63,833 bases of DNA, filler included, from Intoshia linei (GCA_001642005.1; 5 parts of 5 records of this genome joined end to end with filler, not necessarily neighbours in it), one strand, 5' to 3'; counted from the first letter of the whole stretch, positions 13,839 through 27,346 are shown. A program made the numbers and translations. The notes: a model not told the origin generated them from the letters alone.

Positions 13839-16800
13839 ATGCGATTATTTCTTCGAATTTTAAAGAGATGTAACACCTCTGAATTAAACTTATCAAAATG
13901 TTATCATGTAATACGATCTACTCCATCAAGAATTCAAAAACATCTATATGATTCTTCAATCATTCCAAAAAAATTTAATAATATTTTCTACACTAGATTG
14001 CTTTGTTCAACTGGTAAATTTGTAAATAATCCAGCGTCACACTTTTCAACATCGTGGAAACCATTCACGGAAGGCCATGAACAGAAATGTGATTCTGATG
14101 GGGTTGGAAATTCAAATAAAGATTCTTCTGACTCCGCTGCTTCTTTCGGTGATTCCAACAACCAAGACTCTGGTGATAATGGAGACGGGTATAGTCCCTA
14201 TGTAAGTCCATCTAATCCGGCTGATTTAGTTAAAGCGGTACTGACACTTTCTCCAGTCAATATACCTGAAGAATGGCCACAAGTTCCGGTTATCGTAGTA
14301 AAACGAAATCCGGTTTATCCGAGATTTGTAAAACTAATTGAAATTAAAGAAAAAGAGTTGATTAAAATTATTCGTAAAAATCTTAAAATGAAACAACCTT
14401 ATGCCGGTATTTTTATGAAAAAAAACGACGATGATGATCGAGAAATTGTTAACAGCTTAGATGACATCTACAAAATTGGAACATTTGCTCAAATTCACGA
14501 AGTACAAGACATGGGTGATAAACTAAGATTAGTGGTTATGGGGCATCGTCGTATCAAAATTAATAAATTGCTTACTGAAGATTGCAGCGACATTCAGGAA
14601 AAGGGTAAAAATTTAAGTTCACATAGGAAACGCTTTCCATCCGACTCGTATAAACCACGTTTTAATAAACCACAGGTTCAAATAAAACCAGATAAAGTTT
14701 TGATTGTTGGTATAGATAACCATCCGTATGGCGAACCTTCTAAAAACCAGGAAACTAAAGCATTGATTGCTGAAGTACTTAAAACTATTAGAGACATTAT
14801 TTCATTAAACCCTCTTTATAAAGAAGCCGTTTCTCAAATGATTCATGGGAATCATAATCTCATTGAAAATCCTTCCTATTTATGTGACCTTGGAGCAGCT
14901 ATTTGTGGTTCGCCATCGACAGACTTGCAAGCTATTATGGAGGAAAATGATGTTACTAAACGATTATATTTAACGTTGGGTGTTTTAAAAAAAGAATATG
15001 AATTGGGAATATTACAGCAAAAAATAGGTCAAGAAGTAGAAGATAAAGTCAAAACTCAACATAGAAAATTTATGTTGAATGAACAACTTAAAGTTATTCG
15101 AAAGGAACTTGGTGTTGAAAAGGATGACAAAGATACCATTGTGGAAAAGTTTAAAAAGAGAATTGAAAATGCAACTTTACCTACCAATATTTCGGATGTT
15201 TTGGACGAAGAATTTACAAAGTTTAACCTACTTGATCCTCATTCAAGTGAATTTAATGTTTCCAGGAATTATTTGGATTGGTTGACACATCTGCCATGGG
15301 GGAAAGTTTCTCAAGAAAAGTTGAACATCATTGAAGCCAGAAAAATACTCGATGAAGATCATTATGGTATGCTTACTTTTATATTTAATTCAAAATAATG
15401 AGAGGTTGTGAACAGAATGTATTGCGACTAATTCGATGTGGTGTCTCATAAAATATACATTTACATTTTTTTTAATTCCGTAAAATTTTTCGTGATTCCA
15501 TGATCTATTCACATCTCTAAATTTTTTATCGACCCAATTATTTTTAATAAACCACCAAGGGTCCATGTGTTAAGTCATAATTACATGTTTTTTGTATCTT
15601 CGTTACAAACTTGAAAAATTACTATTTTTTATTATTTAAGGTGGAATATTTTTGATATTTTATGAAATTTTATAAATCTTGCGTAATTATGTATTTATAT
15701 AAATTTTTATGACTATATATATATATGTATATGTATTCACTTGAGGGTTTGTGAAAATGAATTTTTCTTTTTATGTTTCGTAAAACTAGATTTTTCCCAT
15801 AAGGGTTGGTAAAACTGAATTTTTTTTTAGGGTTAGTAAATTTTAATTTTTATTAAAAATGGATTTAAGTAGATACCCTTTTTTAAATAAAATAAGCCCT
15901 ATAAATATAAAAAGCATAATTTTAGGATATTTTATAAAGTCGTTAAAAGTATCGTAAATTTCAATCTCAGAAACTTTCATCTTAATGGTTAAAACCTCAA
16001 ATTACGGCTAGTTAAAATAAAAAATCATAGAATTTTACTTCAATTTTTAATTTAAGCTACAAATCACACTCTTAAAGTTTTATAAATAGTTTGGGCGCTC
16101 TTATCTGGTGCATTGACTGCAATATTTCAGATTAGGTTCACAGTCAAAAAGATTTTAACTTCTCATTGAGAGACTCATTATTGTTAAAGTATTAGTGTCG
16201 TATAGCAGGGATTCTCAACTGTGGTCGAATCAGCCCCTTGGGGCGATTTTTCTATTTTATTACACAAAATACATAATCTAAAAAAAATTTTTACAATTTT
16301 AACAAATAATCCCAATACAGACTTAATAAATTATAGATTTGTCAAAAATTTACCATTAATAGAATTTACTAATAGCACAGTCCAACACCAAATAAATACA
16401 AGGATGATGAATACATCATCTTATTCGTCTCAATGAGATGGTCAACGTGATAGCAATATTATTTTTCAATCAAAGAATTGTCAATGTAAAAGTTTGACAT
16501 TAATTTTTAAAATTTATAAAATAACTTCAGATTTCTTTGAACCGGTGCACCGGTTAAGAATCACTGGTCTAAAATAACATACACATGTGTTACAATTTTT
16601 TAAGAAAATTATTGGTTCTATGGGTCGATTCTTTAAAAAAATGACTAAAAAAACTTTTTTATGAATTATGGAGGGGCGACTAAAAAAGGTTGAGAATCCG
16701 TGGTGTGTAGTATACATTGTATGCCATTTGAATTAAAATTTTCGGTAATTGATAAAAATTGATAATCCTTATTGTTGACTCAACACCTTTTGAAAATTTT

Positions 16801-18274
16801 GAAACCTGTTGTAATATATAATATAATTTTTTGTATTTACTATATTTAAATTAGGCATGGACGATGTCAAACAAAGAATAATTGAATATATATCTGTTAG
16901 TAAATTGCGTGGGACGACCCAAGGTAAAATATTATGCTTATACGGAGCTCCAGGAGTTGGAAAAACTAGTATAGCCAAATCAATTGCTCGAACTTTGGGA
17001 AGAGAGTACTATCGTTTTTCAGTTGGCGGAATGTCTGATGTAGCTGAAATAAAAGGTCACCGTAGAACTTATGTAGGTGCCATGCCTGGAAAAATAATCC
17101 AATGTCTCAAAAAAACACAAACTGAGAATCCTTTAATACTTATCGATGAAATTGATAAAATCGGAAGAGGTCACCACGGAGATCCTTCATCCGCGTTATT
17201 AGAAGTATTGGACCCTGAACAAAACGCCAACTTTTTGGATTATTTTTTGGATGTATCGGTAGATCTTTCTAAAGTACTTTTCATTTGTACAGCGAATACT
17301 CCTGAGGCAATACCTGAAGCCTTGCGAGATCGTATGGAAATGATTGATGTTTCTGGATATGTCGCCCAAGAAAAGATTGCAATTTCAAGTATCCATCTGA
17401 TACCACAGGCCCGCAAAGCTAGTGGAATCAAAGACGATCAGCTCGAAATAAACAATGAAGCATTGGAAGAACTCATACGCTACTACTGTCGTGAAAGCGG
17501 AGTTCGTAATTTGCAGAAACACATTGAAAAGATATTTAGAAAGGCTGCGTATAATATCGTAAAAAGTGGCGACAGTGACGAAAAAACCCCTACAATAGTA
17601 ACGAAAGAAACTTTGCAAAGTTATGTCGGAAAACCGATATTTTCGTCGGAAAGATTGTACAACCATACTCCCGTTGGAGTAGTGATGGGATTAGCCTGGA
17701 CAAGCATGGGCGGTTCAACTTTGTACATTGAAACTTCATTCAAAAACATAAAAACCTTGACTGATTCTAAAACACCTGGTCAAAATACTTTGAAATTGAC
17801 TGGAAATTTGGGAAAAGTCATGCAGGAAAGTGCTGAAATTGCCTTAACGTTTATTGAATCTTTTATTAAAAAAAACAATTTGAATAAAGAATCTTTTCAA
17901 TCTCAATTGATTCATTTACATGTGCCACAGGTATTGACTTATTTTAACTTTGATTTAAACGTGTTTAGGGAGCTACGCCAAAGGATGGGCCTAGTGCAGG
18001 AGTTACAATTGCATCAGCTTATTTATCGCTTCTTTTGAACAAACCAATTCGAAAAGATTTTGCGATGACGGGCGAACTTTCTCTAACAGGTAAAGTTATG
18101 CCGGTTGGAGGAATTAAAGAAAAAATCATTGCTGCAAAAAGGTCTGGTGTAAAGCATATTTTATTACCAAATGAAAATAAAAAGGACTATCATGATTTGG
18201 CAGACTTTATCAAAAATGACATTGATGTTGCATTTGTGAGTGAATACAAAGAAATATATGACAAAATTTTTTAA
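13839..18274 (+). CDS. LONP1: Mitochondrial Lon protease; exons 13839-15366, 16855-17930, 17969-18274
   Basis: Arg/Ser-rich presequence, Lon N domain, Walker [23 protein letters not shown], spliced HVPQ|[11 protein letters not shown] (catalytic Ser), VGGIKEK. Confidence 0.96.
16206..16702. mobile_element. hAT-type MITE in Lon intron 1
   Basis: CAGGGATTCTCAAC...GTTGAGAATCCGTG ends; TSD degraded. Confidence 0.6.
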
Positions 18275-18323
18275 TTTGTAGTAAAATTGTAAATTTTTAT
18301 TTTTTAATGTACAATTTGAAAAA

Positions 18324-20488
18324 TTAGGATAATCTAAAGTTTTGATCCAATCGTCCATATCGGGGTAAAAGAGAAAATTTTTTTTCAATGGGAACAACAT
18401 CATCGATATTGTAACTCATAGTGTTTGGCTCGGGTTTTTGTTCATTCATAAATTTGGAAATGGACGGTGGGATGTGACTGTTTGTTTCGGTTTTTTGGCA
18501 CACTTTTGCTTCGTCTTGGGATTGTTTGTTTATTTCCTTGTTAAGCCAAGCAATGTGATTTTCATGTGATTTTATAATCTTTTCTTGGTTATCTATTTTT
18601 ATTTCAAATTCTTTAGTTTTATTGGTTAGTTTTTCACATTTTCTATTGGTTTGTATAATTTGCTTTTCTTTGGATTGTAACTTTTCTTTTAATTCTTTTT
18701 CGTTTTTTTCAACTACCTTTTTCTCTTCTTCTAGTGACACAATTATGCATTCCTGTTTATGGGTTACTTCGTTTCGAAGTTTTGATTTTGTTCGCATATT
18801 TTTCAATTCATTCTAAATATATATTCTGTAACAACCTTTTTATTTTTTAAATGACCTAATATAAAAAATTGAAACACAATATCGGCAATTTATAGATCTG
18901 AAATTTTGCAACATTGGGTTCCATTATGATCGATTTTACCCTCACTAATTTGAAACCCACAATTTATAAAAAATTAAAGGTAAATTGATTTTATTGTGGA
19001 ATACCCGGGTTATTAAAATTGTTGAAATCATTTTTAAAAAGCATTTATTCTGGCCACCCCTGCAATGTAAATTTTGGTATTTTTTATAAATGTAAGACAT
19101 ACTGCCATTTTTCGTATAATTTCATTGGCTTTGTTGTTGTCTTCTTTAGATTTGTTACAAGATTCTTTCATTGAATTTATTGTAATTTTGTCATCATCCA
19201 ATTGCTTGTTTAATCGCTCATTAATTTGTATATATTCATCATTTTTTTTTTGCAAAACTTTGAGACAATTTGCAGAATCTTCCTTATCTTGACACATACT
19301 ATTAAGAGATTTTCGAGTAGAATCAAGTTGATTTTTGCAACCAGCAAAACGTCTTTCAGTGTCATCCAATTTTGTGTTCAAATTTTGATAATTCATTTTA
19401 ATTTTTTTCAAATCATCAGTTAAATTAATAATAGTATTAGACGATTGAGTATCATTTGCTTTTTGTTGAATAAGTAAAGAATCATATTCGTTTTTCAAAC
19501 TATATTTTTCTTCTTCGAAGTATTTCAAGTCGTCATTCAATTTAGCTATCAAGTTTACATGTTTTTCGTTGACATCTTTTAGGTTTTGTGAATATTTTTG
19601 AAAGTTTTTGCAATTTTCTTTAGTCATCTCTTGTTTTAAATTTTCAAAATCGAGGTTCCTTTGGCCTAGCGCTTCTCTAGTATGTCTCAATTGTTCGTTG
19701 TATCTAATTTCATTACTTTCCATTTTATTTTTAAGACAATTAAAAGATTCTCGATTTTCTCGAAGACAACTTATAAGATAATCAATCAATTGGTCTGGAG
19801 ACGCTACTTCCAATTGTAAAGACAATCTGACAACATTTTTGAAATCATCAATTTCCAAAATCGACAAATGAGTACTCACCTTATTTTTGTAAATTTCCAT
19901 ACCATCTGTACTTTTTGACAAAACATCACTCATTTGTGACATACGACCGGATTTCTCACCATTACATTCAAAATCCGCCGAATTAGAAACTAAACCACCC
20001 GTCAAATTATCATGAAATGTATTCTTCGAATTTGACCACTGAGTCGGATTGGATATGGTAATTTGCAGGACAATTTTGGAATTGCGTTCATTTTCAAAAT
20101 TGATCTGATCAAAAAATGAAATTAATTTCTCTGAAAATTTATCAAAATTTACAAGAATCCCTTGCTGTCTTTTTAATTCTGTAAATTTGGCTTCATCTAT
20201 AAAAGTTCTGTAAAAAAATGACGGGTCGTCAGGATCTGTAATTTGAACAGTAAGAATATTACACGAAATGTTTATGTTTTTTTCAGATTCAACGTCATCG
20301 AAATTTGCATGTGGTCGAGAAATTATGTTGAAGATTTGACGTCGATTAAATTGATTTAAAACTTTTGTATCTTTAATTTCATTGTTGGAATTTAAAGTTA
20401 CTACTACTAGAGCGTCGTGGGTATTTGACGTATTTTCGATAAGATTTACAAATTTAACCTTTAAAACCTTTTTAAAAAGTTTTCGCAT
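18324..20488 (-). CDS. SASS6: Centriolar cartwheel protein SAS-6; exons 20488-19103 and 18812-18324
   Basis: Head motifs VQITDPDDPSFFY, ELKRQQGILVNFDKF, DDFKNVVRLSL; long coiled coil; spliced KANEIIRKMA|NELKNMRTKSKLRNEVTHKQE. Confidence 0.88.
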
Positions 20489-21014
20489 CTTGGCTTCAAA
20501 TTTAAAATATTTTTAATTCCAATATAAATCTGACTTTATTCATGGCGCGGAACTATTCTCATTTGTCTTAATTTGTTTATCTCAGCGCGCTGGCAATTGT
20601 ATTCATCGAGTACCGAGTCGCTACTTTCACAATTTTTGTCCTAGTTACAATATGTATTGTAGAGTCTCTCTACAATATTCTACCGTAGAGATAGACCGTG
20701 ATACCAGGACGTACATTTAGTCTAAATTTTAAACTAAATTATTTCTAGAGGTCCCTGATTTACGACGTAAAAGGTTTTGAACCTTGTAAAAAAATTTTGG
20801 TTTTCAGAATATTTAAATACAACTTTTTTTAACCCATTTCTACCCATTGATTTAAAATCCACTAATTATAACAAATAATCTAGTACACATCCTACATTTT
20901 CACGACTTTATAATAAAGTTTATTACACGTGTTAATAAAGTTAGTAATAAAATTTAAATTTCATTTTTACTTAATATCGCTACAAACAATAAACTACATA
21001 AAAATATATTCGAA

Positions 21015-23017
21015 ATGAAAAGAAAAATATTACAACTTGATCAAGTTTTTTATATAGCTAATAATCTTCAACTTTCTAAAATAAAAAAGTACGAATTTAA
21101 AATTAAATTATGGGGTAATACAATATGAAAATAGTGAGCTATACCATCCACGACAGAGCTGAAACTACCATGTTTGAGACCCCATAAATTCAAAAATCTC
21201 TGGATATTGACCTTCACGGGCCATGAAAACACAAAACAATGACAACATTAAAAAATATAAAAATTTTGAAATGATCCAAACGAGAAATGAGACCTCAAAG
21301 TTACAAACATTTACTTGATATCACCGGCATTAAAGTAAACATTTGGAGATTAGTTAAGAGGATGTATCGATTTGATACATTTCAAAATTTATTATTAGCA
21401 ATTCAAATACATTTATCCATTTTTTTAATTATAATCACAAGTTGTACTTGAAATTTGAAATAGATTTCTGTAGCTAGGGTTTAACTTTGAGAATTTTTTT
21501 TAATTTTTACCCTAGATTTAAATTGAAATGAACCATGAACTGTTCAGAGCCATCTATTTATATAAAGTTTTTAGAGACAAAAATGGTAACCTTGAAACAA
21601 ACGAAACATGTAATATAGACCAATTGGTGGATTGTAAAGAAGCATCCGTTTTATCTATACATAGTTTAAAAAATTTGATTTTGGTCCTTTTATCAAATCG
21701 ATACATTTGTGTTTTTGATATTTCTCCATTTGGATTCAAATTTTTTGAGTAATTTTGATAATGTTATACATTTAATTATTACATAGAAAAATAGACAAAA
21801 GAGTTTCAGCTTTAACCACCTCAAATGTTCATAAAGTTATACTAGTGGGTGATAAGCATGGTTGTGTGTATCCTATTCAAATTAAAGATGGAAAATTTGA
21901 GCCTGAGTTCGAATACCCTATCTGTGGTCATATTTTGGCGATCACCGAAATGGTACGATTTGATACTTTTATATTTTTCTTACAACGTTTATGCACGTAT
22001 CTAAAATTAATCTCAGAACTTTACATATTCATGATCAAATCCAATTTTGGGACGCATTATTTTCAAAATTTTATTGTTCTTATACAATTAGGTGGTTAAT
22101 TAATGTAAATTTATAACTGGGTGAAATGTTCACGTTGCCCTATTTTCAATATCCGAATTTTTAAAAAAATATATATAAAAATTTTCGCCCTCACTAATAA
22201 TTGTTTTATGCAATAAAAAGCAAACTAAGGTTTATTAAATTTGATTTCTTATATTTCAGATTTTTTGTGGAGAAAAAGATCGTTTTTTAGCCACCGCAGC
22301 CGAGGATGCGAAAATTAGAATACATTTTTATCCAAATTGTTTTGAAATTTATAAAATTTTTAATTTAAAGTACGACGCCGTGAAATTTTACTTAAATTAC
22401 TGATTTAGCGATGTTTGCGATTCCATGTACTATTCAAATTCATTGTTGGTTTCAGTTACAAGGGTATTTTATAATCATAACTTAATCCTTAATTTTAAAT
22501 TACGAATCAATGAAATAATAGAATTAATTTTTTTTATATGCAGGATGATATTATGCATTCATGGAACATAAAAGACTGTAAATTATTAAAAAAAGAAAAA
22601 TTAGACAATTTTAAGTCTAATGGTGAAAATTTGTATCGAAAAGAATCAAATTATGAAATTTACCCCAATTTGTCAAGCAAGGATGCATTTATTGTACAAT
22701 CTAGGTAAAAACTATTTTTCAAAAATTAAAAATTTTATTTTACAGAATTGCCCCCAAAGAAATTTTTCTATACTATATTGATTCTTGTTTAAATTTTCAA
22801 TTACTAAAAAAGACTACAATTGAAAATGAATTAGTTGGATTGACCATCGATGTTAACGCTTTTATTTGCATTGAAAATCAAAATTCTACAAATTATTTGT
22901 TGACAAATTTAAATGTGTGAAATAAAATGTAAATTACCAGACATGTTATATATCATTTATACCTAGGACGATATTTTGGACTTAATTAATAAATACAGAG
23001 TACCGAGACCCTCCTAG
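21015..23017 (+). CDS. WDR4: tRNA m7G methyltransferase non-catalytic WD40 subunit (WDR4/Trm82); multi-exon
   Basis: ILVGDKHGCVY...GHILAITEM|IFCGEKDRFLATAAEDAKIRIHFYPNCFEI parallels ADKSGDVY...GHLSML...RFILTADRDEKIR. First and last exons are less certain. Confidence 0.75.
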
Positions 23018-23415
23018 GTTTATATAGTATCATGCATCGATTGCGAAACCTTTTTTAATGTTAGGTTCGACTCTGCAGCAACATCACCAATTTCAGACTT
23101 CTTTTACAATTCGTATTGAAATACACATATATGGTATTCAATTTAGTTTAATAATTTGCTCTGTATGTTTCTTATTTAATTGGTTAGAGATTCATCTGGT
23201 AACAGATGCCAAGATCAAATATAAAATGTATATTACAAATGAAGTTTTAGCATAAAATGTACTTTTTGTGCCTAGCAATAATTAATTTGGAATGAAAATT
23301 TAAAGTCAATATTAATCACCAAGAATACTTAATTTTAAATGAAGTTTTGTGCGTATATTTAACAAAATTGTCTGGGATACTTAAATATTGTCAACATTCA
23401 CATACCAAAGCGATA

Positions 23416-24195
23416 ATGTCCAAAATATTTGTGGGAAATCTCAACTTTGGCACAATGCCTGAAGAAATATATGGTTAGATAAATATAAATATTATAGTTT
23501 TGATGAATATTTTGAATAGATATGTTTAATGAGTTTGGTCGAATTGTGAATATTTCTTTAGTTAAAAACTATTCATTTGTGGTAACACTAAATATTTAAA
23601 AAACTAAATTAAAATTAGACAATGTCGGACAAATTAGATGCGAATGCAGGTATTTTATTTATATAATTAGATTATTTTACAATTAGCCGTCGATGCCATG
23701 GATGGCGATGTTGTGAGAGGGCGAAAACTCACAGTTGAGGTTTCTATATTGTCAATACTGCTAAATTGTCGTTTAGATCTCACGTAGTGCCGGTCCGGAT
23801 GCTGCCATCACGTATATATTCATTAATAAATACATTCATTTTTTAGAATTAACTATGATGAAAATGGTAAACAATTAAACTTCCCTAATGTTGAAGAGTA
23901 CATGGAGAAGCAAAAAAGAGATAGGGAATATAGAAGGTCAAATGGTAAGTTTGACCGAAGACACAATGATCGGTATGAACGTTATCCGCAACGAGACCGA
24001 TACGGGAACAGCGGTCCTTATGACAGAAACGACAGATATCGAAATGGAAATGATAGTTATAACCGTGGCAATAGGACAAGAAGTCCCTATGCTAGGGAAC
24101 ATCGTACAAGCCACAGACAACGATCTCGAGAATCTTCTCCCATGTATGAATCGAGACGTAATGTGAATAATTCTCGAATATCTTACAGAGAATAA
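23416..24195 (+). CDS. Single-RRM protein with R/D/S/Y-rich tail (SR-like or RBM4/Lark-like); about six micro-exons
   Basis: MSKIFVGNL (RNP2), VKNYSFV (RNP1), MDGDVVRGRKLTVE, then DRYERYPQRDRY...RTRSP...RSRESSP. Confidence 0.8.
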
Positions 24196-24435
24196 CTGCG
24201 ACTGTTTTTATATAGAATGTATAATTGTTAAATTAAAGCTAGAACGATTTTAATTCCTCACCTTTACTCCTCCACCAAATATCTAAACCTAATTATTCTA
24301 ACTGACCTCTTTTTAACCTCATTCTATTTTCTCTTCCAAAATCACTCATATACATAGCAATAATTATAACAATTATTCTGGATGTGAAAATAAGTTTCTT
24401 GAATTGTTTTTAGTAACGTGGAATTTAAATCAAGG

Positions 24436-26583
24436 ATGGACGAAGAAGACGATATTTCCTACCTCACGGGTTATTTCTTTTTGAGTATGATCATATTCCT
24501 TCTAGGTTCCATGATTAACAACTTTAATCAGTTAACTACGAGCGATCATGATGAAATCATTGATAAATTTATCAATGTCATTGGGTCCGATTGCAGCAAA
24601 AACAAGGCTATATTTTATCTCGAAATGAATGACTGGTATGTGCATTGCAAGTTTTGTTCAGGTTTACCTTTAGGAACATACACAAATCAATATGCGCCTA
24701 TTTTGATTATGCTAAAAATAATCAAGACTCGAACCGAGAAGATTATACAGACCTTAGTATGAAACACATCAAAACCATTACAAGTGACGCCAACAACTTA
24801 ACCACTGACACTACTGGCCGGGCTACTATTGGATCTACAATTTTTCAATCTTATCTTATTAAAAATAATGGTTTTTTTGATTGTTAAGTTTTTCATTTTA
24901 ATAGGTAACAAACAGTGGCCAGACGGTTGTTATCTTGTTATTTCTGCTCCACTAGCTGCTCTATGCCAATCTACTATTCCCATCAATAATCTAACTCCGT
25001 CAGAATCGCAAGTCATTCAAATTAAAATAATTTGTCCTCAGGATCCATGTACTGTCATTTGCACCATTACTCTTTGCAGTGCTTATGGAATTGCCTTTGG
25101 AGGTTTGTAATTTATATTGAAGACTACCTGAGGTATGATCGGTGCGTAATATTACCAGCACTAGGTAATTCACAATAATCACTTTGATGAAATAATCTAA
25201 GTAAAAGGAGGCCGTGATAAGATTGGTGATGGAAAACTACCCAAAAAACCATTTTTGTAAAAATGAAACTGTCTTGTATGACATTTAGAGGGCTTTACGT
25301 TAAAACGTGTTTTAGTCGTCACAGACTGATATAAATACACTACTGTCTAATGGAAATTATATTGACAAGGATGCATTTCTTAATATTTATGTCTGTAAAA
25401 TTTCTAAGTGTAATACGAAACATACATAGATCGTTACTGTATGAATATAATTTATCTTAATGGCATACTTGATCCAATAAGTAGTTTACGTATCCATTGG
25501 AGATATTCAGGTCTGATGAAAATTTTTTTCAAGGTCCAATTATAAATTACTGTTTATTACAATTTCATCGCCTGTTTAATCGAATTGGTGTTTTAATCTA
25601 CTTTACGTCAACACCACTAAAAAATTTTTATTTTGAAATGACTAATGTACTTGGTACGAACATCCAGAGTCGAACCTACCTAGCTTAAGTCCACCGAAAA
25701 TGAAAAATAGGTCCCTTAAAAATTTTCGTAAACGATACGTGATGTCACATCCCTTAGCAAAATCTCCAGGTTCTTGAATTATTATCTTAAATGTAACGTC
25801 CAAAATTGTTATAGCATTTTTATAAATTGAACATTTAAAAAAATGAGGCCTTCATATTACAAAAATTTCGGTGAGGTTTCGGGTATAAATTTAAATTCTA
25901 CGACTGGTTTTTTAAATTTATCTAAATAATAAGTAATTTTTGATTTTGACAGAAGATACAACTTTGAAATTTACAATAATATTAATGGTTACAAATATTT
26001 TTAGCTATTTTACTTTATACATAAGTAACCAGTACCAAACCTACCTCTTCGGGCTTATACGACATTTTTGTAAATTGGGCCCTCGTTTTTCTAAATTTAA
26101 CATTAAAAAATTATTTTATATGCTAAATTTAAAATATCAACAAGTACTTTAGAGAGGTGGATAAGGCTATATGACACTGTATTGTTATTGAAAAATTTTT
26201 CAAATTGGGAAGTTGATATTTTTTAAATTTTTCAAGCAGATAAAATGTGGTAGCTTCTATTAAAGTTCAATACGGTGTCAATGGTTAGCGCATCGCTCTT
26301 GATTTTTATGTAAAATTTGATTACATTTAATTTTTTTTAATTATTTAAAAATTATGCGGACCGTCGGTTGGCGAGTGCTGATCTAGTCGATAACTGGGAA
26401 ATTTTTAAATTGATAATCCAATAGAATTGCATACTGTTATTATGATTTGATCTATATATCGATTTTTTAGATAAAATATGGCTCGTTCTCTATGTACAAT
26501 CCGAAGACTCCTTAAAACATAATGAAGTCCCATCAATAAATTTTGATAACGATGAAATGTCGATTGATGGTCAAAGCGACTAA
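24436..26583 (+). CDS. ILRUN: ILRUN/C6orf106 homolog (UBA-like plus NBR1-like FW domain)
   Basis: TTSDHDEIIDKF...FYLEMNDW|NIHKSICAYFDY; GNKQWPDGCYL; last exon from 26471 gives FG|DKIWLVLYV after a ~1.37 kb intron. Confidence 0.82.
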
Positions 26584-26662
26584 TCTATAAATTTGTATAT
26601 AAGCTGTAACCTAAATAAATAGTTTCTAATGATTTGTTTATTTTAATCTGACTGTAGAGACG

Positions 26663-26962
26663 ATGCATCGACTTAAAGTTTTACGATTGTACAAGAAAGT
26701 AATAAATTATTTAAATTCAACCTTGGAATAATATTTCATTTAGTTTTTGTATACATTAAGTTTCGGAACTTCTAGTGCAAACACGCGAGTAATTAAAAAA
26801 GTACGTGAAACTTTTGATTTATTCAAAGATACAGAACCACGCCAAATCAGACGTAGTTTAGTATACGGAAAGTACAAATTGGACCAGTTTAAACATTTAG
26901 AGACTTTCAAAAAATACAGATACATGTACAAAAATTATGATGAAAAATATAAGATTAAATGA
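26663..26962 (+). CDS. ETFRF1: LYR-motif protein, ETF regulatory factor 1 (LYRM5); two exons
   Basis: MHRLKVLRLYKK|FLYTL...VRETFDLFKD...G...LETFKKYRYMYKNY fits the LYK...F...G...KYRAMKxRY pattern. Confidence 0.72.
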
Positions 26963-26967
26963 TTTAT

Positions 26968-27346
26968 TTATCTGTACCCACGCCATGCATATGTTCCAAC
27001 GATTCCCATCTTCTTATAAAAAGGGAAATTTAGTCTTCTAGAATCCGCAGACTTTGCTCTTGAATTGAGGGTAAGTCGATTAATCTAATTTATAATCGTA
27101 TAATATATTATATTGAAAAACCATTCGATTAATTTGAATTTTGTTGAGACTTTTTTTGTTTATCGTCGAAATTTCCGCAACTCGCTGAGTTTTTCTTTTT
27201 GATAGGCAGTACAGTCGATCAGTTATTTGATCAACTTCATACTTGGTCATTCTCTGATAGCCTAATCCATATATTGGGTGTATAATGGTCCCCCATGGCT
27301 GTTTGCTACTTCTTGGTCGAACTGACGATCTTATCGACGTAGACAT
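26968..27346 (-). CDS. Small basic uncharacterised protein (~113 aa); two exons
   Basis: ATG at 27346; a ~36-nt GT-AG intron joins ...QINRM|INRLTLNSRAKSADSRR...MGIVGTYAWRGYR*. Confidence 0.65.

Noticed and set aside
13839-18274. Bacterial origin or horizontal transfer of Lon
   Set aside because: Has a presequence, spliceosomal introns and LONP1-type motifs.
15079-19423. Short overlapping or antisense ORFs in the track (15079, 16769, 17240, 17385, 18164, 18622, 19074, 19226)
   Set aside because: Shadow frames of the Lon and SAS-6 exons.
23885-24166. Alternative-frame ORFs over the RS-rich exon
   Set aside because: Only the 23902 frame splices to the RRM exons; the others reflect repetitive codon composition.
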